From: Verrucomicrobiota bacterium
GTDB lineage: Bacteria > Verrucomicrobiota > Verrucomicrobiia > Opitutales > Coraliomargaritaceae
Reading direction: 5' to 3'
Length of the DNA: 64,000 bases
NCBI GenBank assembly: GCA_039815375.1
Contig: JBCBZJ010000001.1
Span: 64,001-128,000, forward strand
Made by a program: the position numbers and the translations under genes. The notes under the pieces were generated by a model. It searched no databases and was not told where the DNA came from. It was given only the letters and a program-made list of their open reading frames with translations. Positions 49,444 to 56,606 of the stretch are shown here, piece by piece; the first letter of the stretch is position 1; the number at the start of each line of letters is the position of its first letter.

Positions 49444-50766
49444 ATGGATATCGCAATTGTGACCGGTGCGGAAACGCCGCTCGGCCTCCGCATCGTTCAA
49501 TCTCTCAACCAGCAGGGCTGCCGTGTTCACGGCATCGGCAACAACTTCTCCAGGGTCACTTACGCCGACCCGCAGTTCAAAGCCCATCCTGTTGATCTCA
49601 CTAATCTGGGAGCGGTCACTTCGACGCTTGGCGGCATCCTTGAAGAAGAGGGGCGTTTGCATGTCCTGATCCACGCCATTGATGTGACGCCAGGCACTCC
49701 CTTCGACAAACTGCCGCCGGGTAACCTCGAGGCCATTTTGAAGATCGGTTTGCTTGGCCCGGTCATGATGACCCGTCTCGCATTGCCCAATCTGCTGCGC
49801 TTTCGCGGGCAGCTTATCAACGTAATAACAGCCAACAAACACGGCAATCCCGCCAGCGCGGCCAATGCCCTGATCGAGGGCGGGCTGCGCGAGATGAACA
49901 AGGCACTCTTTGACCAGGGCCGGGACGCTGGTCTCCGTGTGACCAATTGTGTGCTCCGGCAAAACACCGAGCTGTCCGGTGCTACGGTTAGCGACGAGGT
50001 CCTCCGGCAGAGCCACATCGACCTTGAAGACGTGGCCCGCACGATCGAGCACTTGATCGATCCCAAGGCAGTGAATGTGCCGGAAGAAGTGGTGCTCCAT
50101 CCGCGGCTCAGCCCAAGTGCTGAAGCAGCCATGCCGAATGCGCCGCTGCCGCCCGATGCCTATGCCGAAGTATTGCTTCCGCCCAAGGAATACAACCCGC
50201 CGGAGCAACCCAGGATTCCGACCGAGGAAAAACAGCAGATCGAACGTAGCATTCCCTACACCGATGAGGAGATGGAGGACAAGATCGCTGCCGCGATTGA
50301 AGACTTCGAAGCCAATCCCCACCTTTACGAGCAGCCTGATCCGGCGTCTAAGAAGCAAACGCAGGGCGGTGGTTCGCAGCAGGAAGGTCAGGGCAAAAAG
50401 AAACGCCGCCGTCGTCGTGGCGGACGCAACCGCAACAAGGGCCCTCGGGAAGAAGGCGCGGTATCTGCCGACGGTCCGCAGCAACCAAGAGCGGAGCAAG
50501 CCAAGCCCGCACAGGAATCTCCCAAACCGGAAGCAAAGAAGGAAAAGTCCCCTGAGTCCAAGCCTGCCGAGCAGCCAATGAAGAAGAAAGTGGCGAGGAA
50601 GGCGGCGAAGAAGAAAGTGCCTTCTGAAGATGCTCCAGTAAAGAAAGTCGCGAAAAAGGCTGCCAAGAAGGCTACGACTAAGAAAGCCGCCAAGAAAAAG
50701 ACCCCGGCCAAGAAAGCTGCGAAAAAGGCGGCTAAGAAAAAAGCTGCCAAGAAAACAGGCGATTGA
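49444..50766 (+). CDS. Atypical SDR-fold protein with Arg-rich and Lys/Ala-rich (histone H1-like) C-terminal tail
   Basis: IAIVTGAETPLG Rossmann start, no YxxxK; KKKRRRRRGGRNRNK; repeated KKAAKK. Confidence 0.8.
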   Translation: MDIAIVTGAETPLGLRIVQSLNQQGCRVHGIGNNFSRVTYADPQFKAHPVDLTNLGAVTSTLGGILEEEGRLHVLIHAIDVTPGTPFDKLPPGNLEAILKIGLLGPVMMTRLALPNLLRFRGQLINVITANKHGNPASAANALIEGGLREMNKALFDQGRDAGLRVTNCVLRQNTELSGATVSDEVLRQSHIDLEDVARTIEHLIDPKAVNVPEEVVLHPRLSPSAEAAMPNAPLPPDAYAEVLLPPKEYNPPEQPRIPTEEKQQIERSIPYTDEEMEDKIAAAIEDFEANPHLYEQPDPASKKQTQGGGSQQEGQGKKKRRRRRGGRNRNKGPREEGAVSADGPQQPRAEQAKPAQESPKPEAKKEKSPESKPAEQPMKKKVARKAAKKKVPSEDAPVKKVAKKAAKKATTKKAAKKKTPAKKAAKKAAKKKAAKKTGD

Positions 50767-50767
50767 A

Positions 50768-50844
50768 GGTAGGGACGGCTGCCCCTCAGCCGTCCGGGAA
50801 ACTTACACGACGCTAGCGGACGCCTGAAGTCAGGCGTCCTTACC
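50768..50844. repeat. REP doublet (REPIN-like), copy A (diverged)
   Basis: GGTAG-ggacggctg-cccct-cagccgtcc ... ggacgcctg-aagt-caggcgtcc-TTACC. Confidence 0.85.
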
Positions 50845-50850
50845 ATTTCA

Positions 50851-51258
50851 TCAAACCGGCCAGTGGCCATCGGGAATGAGCGTGCCCTTGCAGCGCTGCA
50901 TTGTGGCGTCGGTCATTTCGTAGGTCCAGACTTCGCCGAAGGGTTCTCCGTCCGGGGTATAACATTCAACTTTCAGTCGGATGTATTCGTTTTCCGGATA
51001 CGGACGATCCGGATCAAAGCCTTCGAGGTAGTCGAGCCGCAGGAAATCGGCCTCGGTCTTGAAGCTCAGGAGGAAGCCCCGCACCCAGCCGTCGCCGCGC
51101 AGCTTGAGCCCCGGGTAACCGACGTGCAGATCGTAGAGTTCGCCCCGGATCTTCGCGGGCACCGGTTCACCGACTTTGCCTTCGCAGAACTCCGGCCAGT
51201 AACGACCACCCGGCTTGAGCGTGCCATAGACAAAGACGGAGAGCTTGGACGTGTTCAT
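50851..51258 (-). CDS. Gamma-glutamylcyclotransferase (AIG2-like) family protein
   Basis: VFVYGTLKPGG, LYDL..GYPG, LDYLEG, Y.R, G.W; ATG at 51258. Confidence 0.9.
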   Translation of the reverse strand: MNTSKLSVFVYGTLKPGGRYWPEFCEGKVGEPVPAKIRGELYDLHVGYPGLKLRGDGWVRGFLLSFKTEADFLRLDYLEGFDPDRPYPENEYIRLKVECYTPDGEPFGEVWTYEMTDATMQRCKGTLIPDGHWPV

Positions 51259-51262
51259 GTTA

Positions 51263-51334
51263 GTCCACAGATTACGCAGATTAGCGCCGATTTTTAAAGC
51301 GATTATCTGGGTGCTTAGTGAATCATTTGCGGAT
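51263..51334. repeat. 'GCAGAT' tandem/inverted element, copy 1
   Basis: tccacagattacgcagattagcgccgattt ... degenerate inverted arm atcatttgcggata. Confidence 0.65.
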
Positions 51335-51433
51335 AAAATAGATCTGCTTGTTTGGGCTGGCCGGTCTCGGTTAAGGATGGGTGAATCTGAACCGTTGCGC
51401 TCGTGGAGAACACAGAGCTGGAAGCGCAAATGA

Positions 51434-51509
51434 GGTAGGGACGGCTGCCCTCAGCCGTCCGAGAAACTACCACAACGCTAGCGGACGCCTGAGGGCAGGC
51501 GTCCCTACC
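51434..51509. repeat. REP doublet (REPIN-like), copy B
   Basis: 76 nt ggtagggacggctgccctcagccgtcc...ggacgcctgagggcaggcgtccctacc. Confidence 0.9.
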
Positions 51510-51554
51510 ATTTATGACCAAAAGTAGAAACAAACGGTAGCGCAGGTGGGTCAC

Positions 51555-51591
51555 CGACCACCCGGCTTGAGCGTGTTCACATTTGTCCGCA
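51555..51591 (-). pseudogene. Remnant duplicate of the 5' part of the gamma-glutamylcyclotransferase gene
   Basis: cgaccacccggcttgagcgtg (21 nt) identical to 51203-51223, then cgtgttcacatttgtccgcag similar to cgtgttcatgttagtccacag at the gene start. Confidence 0.6.
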
Positions 51592-51640
51592 GTTCCGAGG
51601 AGGACCGCGACGACTAGACCGGATGCGGAGCAAACCGGCT

Positions 51641-51731
51641 CTTACGCCGATTAACGTAGATTTTCCGAATAGAATCTGTCTTTTCCGGAAGGTTCTGTGC
51701 AGATGTAAAAATCTGTGCCATCTGCGGATCA
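51641..51731. repeat. 'GCAGAT' tandem/inverted element, copy 2
   Basis: acgccgattaacgtagattt ... aatctgtgccatctgcggat. Confidence 0.65.
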
Positions 51732-51786
51732 AATAGCGTTCTCTTTGATTGCATCCCGATGAGCCAACGCCAACCTGCTGAGGGAA

Positions 51787-54612
51787 ATGGCTGCACCTGA
51801 AGAACCGCAATTACCTAGCCGTGAGGAGCTGAAATCGCTCAGTAGTGAAGACGTGGTCGCCTATGCCGCGCGTTGCGCGATTCGGGTCTTTCCTTTCGTT
51901 GGATACGAGGGGCATCTTAATTTCTGGGGAAAAGATGCTTCCTGGAATCTTGAAGTTGTTTGGGCGGCGAATTTGGCGACAGCCTTGAATGATTCTTTTA
52001 AGGCAAGATACATAGCTCTTCTTGCGATGGATGCGAATCGGGAATCCTTTTCCAAAGGTGTCAATTCTGGAAGTATAAATGCCTCAGTTAATGCTGTTAC
52101 GATGGCTTTCATGAGTGAGGAGTATGATTTTGCTCGGTTTGCTTATGATGTGTCGTCTTCGGCTCTACACGCTTTAAAAGTTCACAGGGGTCCGGATTTC
52201 GTGGCTGCTGCTTATCATGATTTTAAAGAACTTCTTTATCGGGATTCATTTTCTGAAAAGATTTTTGAAACTTACCTCATCGCTAATATCGAATTTCTGA
52301 TCAACGATTGGTTAACTGCCGATATGCGGAAAGCCTTCGAGTCGGTCGGGCAGAGCGATCTGCTCCGTATGTGGGAAGGCTTTTTTTACGGCGAGCCGGA
52401 TATGGAGCGCTGTCGAGCCTGGCTGGAGGATTGGTATGTCCGTAATCAGGATGCCGAAACCGAAGCGCCCGCAGCCGAGGAGAATGACGAAGGGGAGCGA
52501 ACGAAAAGTTCTAAAAAGAAACCTACGGAAAAGAAAGAGGCCGACCTGAAGGTGGAGCAGGCTGCCTTTGAACAGCGCGCGATGGAAGATTGGGAATCGG
52601 AGGGAGGCGCGATCCCCGTCGAGCACGCCGTGGAAGAGGCGGAAGCGGAAGAAGCCGAGGTCGACTCGAAGGACTTAACTGAGGATGAAGCGGAGCAGGA
52701 CAAGGGGGATTTGCCGCCTATGCCGGCCCAGGGATCGGCAACGACCTCAGCGGATGTGCCGGCCCAGGTCGATCAGCTCAATCGCGATCATTTGGTGAAG
52801 GGGTTGGCGCGCATGCTCTCTTTTGAGGAGCAGGGCACGCCGATCACGCTTGGGTTGTTTGGTGATTGGGGTGCGGGTAAGAGTTCAGTGATGCAGCTCT
52901 TGCAGAAGGAACTGAGCAGTGAGGAAACCAAGGGGCGTTATGGGAAATTCGAGTTCCTTTTCAGTTGGTTCAATGCCTGGGAGTATGAGCATACCCGAAA
53001 TATTCGGGCTGGTTTGGCACAGGAAGTTGTCAATGGCCTGCTGAGCAACGGGAGCTATGCGCCGGACGAGCCGAGCCAGACCCGCCCGGTCGATGGCCGG
53101 GAGCGCTTCCGTATCCAGCGTAAGTTCATCCTGCAGGAGCGCCGGAGGGAGTGGTATCACTTTCTGGTTAAATCGACGCTAAGTCTGATCCCGGTCGCGG
53201 CGGGTGCCTTTGGCATTGCTGAAGGTGAGCCGGTGGTGGCGACGGGGGGTCTCGGTCTCGGCATTTTCTTTGGCATCCAACTGTTTAAACAGTTCAGGAT
53301 TCTCTGGGATCATCCGGTCGCCACGGAGTTAGGCACCTTCTTTAAATTGCCCTCTTATCGAAAAGAGCTTGGGCAGGTTCCGGTGATCAAGAAGCAACTG
53401 GAAGGCTTGGCTTCGATCCGCCTGGGACCGTCGGTCGATCAGGAGATGATAGAGGAAGCCATTGCCTGGCACCAGCGGGAATCCTGGGATCTTGGGGATT
53501 GGAGGCTACGGCCCAGTGGCGACAAACCGATACCGGCACGAAGGCTGATCGTCTTTGTGGATGACCTGGACCGTTGTTTAACGAAAACAATTGCCGATGT
53601 CTTTGATGCGGTTCGACTGATCGCTCATATCCCAGGAGTGATTGTGGTCTTTGGCATCGACGAGCGGATCGCGTTTAAGGCAATGGGTCAGGCCTATGCC
53701 GATTACGCCGACGAAGCGATCGGCCGAAGCCAGGAGGAGGTGGCCCGGGATTACCTGGGAAAGATTATCCAGCTACCGATCCGGCTGGAACGTCCGGACA
53801 AGGACGGACTGGCAACCTTCATTGATAAGAAACTCTTTCCAGAGGAGGACCGTGATCCTGGTTCGAAGCAGGCAGTAGACGCGGAGGGGCCCGATCCGAA
53901 AGATGAGGAGCCTGAAGTTGACATGGATGAGCTTGAGCCCGAGGCCGATGATAAAATCGATGAGAACGAAATGGAAGAGGAGCCTGCTTCCGAGGCTAAG
54001 ATTTCTGCCGAAGATGCGACTCAGAAATCGCGGGGCAGACTATTCGGTTTGTTCAATCTACGTCGCCAATATCTCCCTCCTAAGCAGCCAAACTGGAGAG
54101 ATCGCAATCAAGCGAAACAAAAAACCGAAGAAGAGAAAAAGCACGAAGAGGAACTGGCTAAACTCAAGATCACGGATGCAGAGGTGCAGGCTTTCAAAGA
54201 TTTGACAGCCCTGCTTGATCTTCGGAATCCCCGTCAATTGATGCGCCTGAGGAACACCTACCGTCTCCTGAAGTCGCTTTACCCGAAAAAGGTTTCGCAG
54301 GAATCAGAAGAAATGCAGGACGATGAAAAACGATACCCCGAAGCGGAAAACAATCTGATGATGATGCTTTTCTGGTTGGAGTATTGTCTACAAAATGATT
54401 CGGCCAAGATTGCAGCTTGGTCGACATGGTCCGGACCGGAGTCAAAGGAGGCGGATTCGATCAAGGGTCTATTCAAGACGGAGCTGCTTGATCAGATCGC
54501 GTTTACCGAATCGAAGTGGATGTTTAAGGAACCGATGTTGCAGAATCTGAAGGAATTTACCGAGACCTGTATTTTGCCTTATCCCAATAAAGAGAGCGTG
54601 TCCGAGCGCTAG
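51787..54612 (+). CDS. KAP-family P-loop NTPase with an N-terminal domain of unknown function and acidic linkers
   Basis: Walker A GLFGDWGAGKSS, FNAWEY, two TM helices between the Walkers, Walker B LIVFVDDLDRC, YLGKIIQLP, NPRQLMRLRN. Confidence 0.92.
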   Translation: MAAPEEPQLPSREELKSLSSEDVVAYAARCAIRVFPFVGYEGHLNFWGKDASWNLEVVWAANLATALNDSFKARYIALLAMDANRESFSKGVNSGSINASVNAVTMAFMSEEYDFARFAYDVSSSALHALKVHRGPDFVAAAYHDFKELLYRDSFSEKIFETYLIANIEFLINDWLTADMRKAFESVGQSDLLRMWEGFFYGEPDMERCRAWLEDWYVRNQDAETEAPAAEENDEGERTKSSKKKPTEKKEADLKVEQAAFEQRAMEDWESEGGAIPVEHAVEEAEAEEAEVDSKDLTEDEAEQDKGDLPPMPAQGSATTSADVPAQVDQLNRDHLVKGLARMLSFEEQGTPITLGLFGDWGAGKSSVMQLLQKELSSEETKGRYGKFEFLFSWFNAWEYEHTRNIRAGLAQEVVNGLLSNGSYAPDEPSQTRPVDGRERFRIQRKFILQERRREWYHFLVKSTLSLIPVAAGAFGIAEGEPVVATGGLGLGIFFGIQLFKQFRILWDHPVATELGTFFKLPSYRKELGQVPVIKKQLEGLASIRLGPSVDQEMIEEAIAWHQRESWDLGDWRLRPSGDKPIPARRLIVFVDDLDRCLTKTIADVFDAVRLIAHIPGVIVVFGIDERIAFKAMGQAYADYADEAIGRSQEEVARDYLGKIIQLPIRLERPDKDGLATFIDKKLFPEEDRDPGSKQAVDAEGPDPKDEEPEVDMDELEPEADDKIDENEMEEEPASEAKISAEDATQKSRGRLFGLFNLRRQYLPPKQPNWRDRNQAKQKTEEEKKHEEELAKLKITDAEVQAFKDLTALLDLRNPRQLMRLRNTYRLLKSLYPKKVSQESEEMQDDEKRYPEAENNLMMMLFWLEYCLQNDSAKIAAWSTWSGPESKEADSIKGLFKTELLDQIAFTESKWMFKEPMLQNLKEFTETCILPYPNKESVSER

Positions 54613-54657
54613 CGGACAGAGATGCCTTGATCAAAGTAGATTAACGATTCGAGCTAA

Positions 54658-54733
54658 GGTAGGGACGGCTGCCCTCAGCCGTCCGAGAAACTTCCACAAC
54701 GCTAGCGGACGCCTGAGGGCAGGCGTCCCTACC
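54658..54733. repeat. REP doublet (REPIN-like), copy C
   Basis: 76 nt, differs from copy B at one spacer position (ctac vs cttc). Confidence 0.9.
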
Positions 54734-55300
54734 TCAGAGCCGCTGCCGGACCGCTTCGTAGAGACAGACGCCGGCCGAAACAGAGACGTTCAGGCAGTCG
54801 ACCGTTCCGGCCATGGGGATGCTGACGAGGTGGTCGCAGAGATCGCCGGTGACTTTGCGCAGACCCCAGCCTTCGCTGCCAAGCACGAAGGCGGTCGGTT
54901 GATCGAAATCGATGCCATAGAGATCGCCTTCGCCACGGTCGGAAGTGCCAACGATCTGGATCCTCATGTCATGGAATTTACGAAGTAGCATGCCGATGTT
55001 TTTGACTTTGAGGAAGGGCGTATCGTCCGCGCCGCCACAGGAAATGTCGCGCACGGTTGGGGTGATGCCGCAGGCCCCTTTAGTGGGTGCAATCACTGCG
55101 GTGACGCCCGCGCCTGAAGCAGTGCGCAGGCAGGCGCCGAGGTTGTGCGGGTCCTGCACGCCTTCGAGCACGAGCAGCAGTGGGTTCTCGGTGCGTTCGA
55201 TTAGATCGAAGAGATCATTCTCGTCCTCGATATGCACGACGGCGGCCAAGGCGGAATGCCTCGGTGGTTTCTTGATTTTATGAACGGAGTTCCGGCCCAT
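54734..55300 (-). CDS. TrmH/SpoU-family RNA 2'-O-methyltransferase (RlmB-like catalytic domain)
   Basis: VQDPHNLGACLRTA, VLGSEG.GL, IPM.G.VDCLNVSVSAG..LYE. Confidence 0.9.
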   Translation of the reverse strand: MGRNSVHKIKKPPRHSALAAVVHIEDENDLFDLIERTENPLLLVLEGVQDPHNLGACLRTASGAGVTAVIAPTKGACGITPTVRDISCGGADDTPFLKVKNIGMLLRKFHDMRIQIVGTSDRGEGDLYGIDFDQPTAFVLGSEGWGLRKVTGDLCDHLVSIPMAGTVDCLNVSVSAGVCLYEAVRQRL

Positions 55301-55312
55301 GGAGCTTATGGT

Positions 55313-55450
55313 TTATCCGCAGATTGCACAGATGCACGCAGATTATTTTTGAGAGATTTTGGTGCTGTGTTTTGTAAAGAGAAATGCACGTCCAGTTGAG
55401 ATGCTCATTCAGTTTTTACCTCTGTATGGATCTGCGCCATCTGCAGATAA
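55313..55450. repeat. 'GCAGAT' tandem/inverted element, copy 3
   Basis: ttatccgcagattgcacagatgcacgcagatt ... atctgcgccatctgcagataa terminal inverted arms. Confidence 0.75.
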
Positions 55451-55460
55451 GAACAGGGTT

Positions 55461-56507
55461 TTAGAGCAAATCCTGTTGATTCCCGTCCGGTGGGTTGAGG
55501 CCGACGACCTGCCAGCCTTTTTCGGTCAGAACACGGCCCTGGGCAGTGCGCTGGAGGTAGCCTTCCTGAATCAGGAAGGGTTCATGGACTTCTTCAAGGG
55601 TATGGGCTTCTTCGGCGACGGCTACAGCGACGGTGCCGAGACCGACGGGGCCGCCACGGTAGTTCTCGGCCATGACACGCATGACTTGCTTGTCCATTTC
55701 ATCGAGGCCGCGGGTATCGATCTCGAGCAGCTCGAGCGCAGCGGCGGCGCTGTCTTTAGTGATGGTGCCGTTGCCGCGTTGCTGTGCGTAGTCGCGGCAG
55801 AAGTTGACGAGATTGTTGGCGATACGTGGAGTGCCGCGGGCGCGACGGGCGATCTCGGCGGCACCGTCTGTTTCGTGGTCGACATTCAGCAGGCCGCAGG
55901 TCCGCTCGACAATACCCTGAAGCGTGGCGTGGTCATAGTAGCTCAGGCGGCTCTGCAAGGTGAAGCGACTGCGGAGCGGGGCAGTGAGGAGACCCATACG
56001 GGTGGTGGCCCCGAGCAGAGTGAAGCGTGGGAGGTTGAGCCGGACGCTGCGTGCGTTGGGTCCCTGATCGATCATGATATCGATACGGAAGTCTTCCATC
56101 GCGGAATAAAGGTATTCTTCGACCGTCTTCGGGATGCGGTGGATTTCGTCGATGAAGAGAATGTCTCCTTCATTGAGGTTGGTCAACAGGCCGGCGAGGT
56201 CGGCCGGTTTATCGATGACAGGGCCCGAGGTAATGCTGACTTTCTTGCCCATTTCATGGCCGAGGATGAGGGAAAGCGTGGTCTTGCCCAGCCCGGGAGG
56301 GCCGCTAAGCAGGATATGGTTGAGCGGGTCGCCCCGGTCCCGGGCGGCGCCGACCATGACTTCGAGCCGTTCCAGTGTCTTGGGTTGCCCGGCAAAGTCT
56401 TCGAAGGATAGGGGACGCAAAATCGACTCCTGGGCATTCTCAGGATTGCTCAGGCTCTGCTCGATAAATTCGGCTCCAGTTGGCGGGTTTTCGGGTGAGA
56501 AAGGCAT
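55461..56507 (-). CDS. ruvB: Holliday junction branch migration helicase RuvB
   Basis: LRP..F..F.GQ, GPPGLGKTTL, FIDEIHR, LYSAMEDF, GATTR.G, RGTPR, EPFLIQ. Confidence 0.98.
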   Translation of the reverse strand: MPFSPENPPTGAEFIEQSLSNPENAQESILRPLSFEDFAGQPKTLERLEVMVGAARDRGDPLNHILLSGPPGLGKTTLSLILGHEMGKKVSITSGPVIDKPADLAGLLTNLNEGDILFIDEIHRIPKTVEEYLYSAMEDFRIDIMIDQGPNARSVRLNLPRFTLLGATTRMGLLTAPLRSRFTLQSRLSYYDHATLQGIVERTCGLLNVDHETDGAAEIARRARGTPRIANNLVNFCRDYAQQRGNGTITKDSAAAALELLEIDTRGLDEMDKQVMRVMAENYRGGPVGLGTVAVAVAEEAHTLEEVHEPFLIQEGYLQRTAQGRVLTEKGWQVVGLNPPDGNQQDLL

Positions 56508-56606
56508 TGTTTGCTAGTGAATATACCAGCTACTGCCTCATGCAACACTTCCTTCCGGATTGCTCATTCTATGGCATAATCCAGGTTTGAAGGTCATGGA
56601 CGGAGA

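Noticed and set aside
50768..54733. Repeats read as a CRISPR array
   Set aside because: Units are 76-nt inverted doublets separated by hundreds to thousands of nt that include whole genes; no regular spacers and no cas genes.
55359..56411. 350-aa ORF antisense to ruvB (likewise 49435-50499, 20104-20832, 48226-48939, 18503-19168)
   Set aside because: Shadow ORFs opposite well-supported genes with biased codon usage; no recognisable motifs.
55461..56507. ruvB without adjacent ruvA/ruvC, and mutS without mutL
   Set aside because: Dispersal of these genes is common and cannot be judged from one window.
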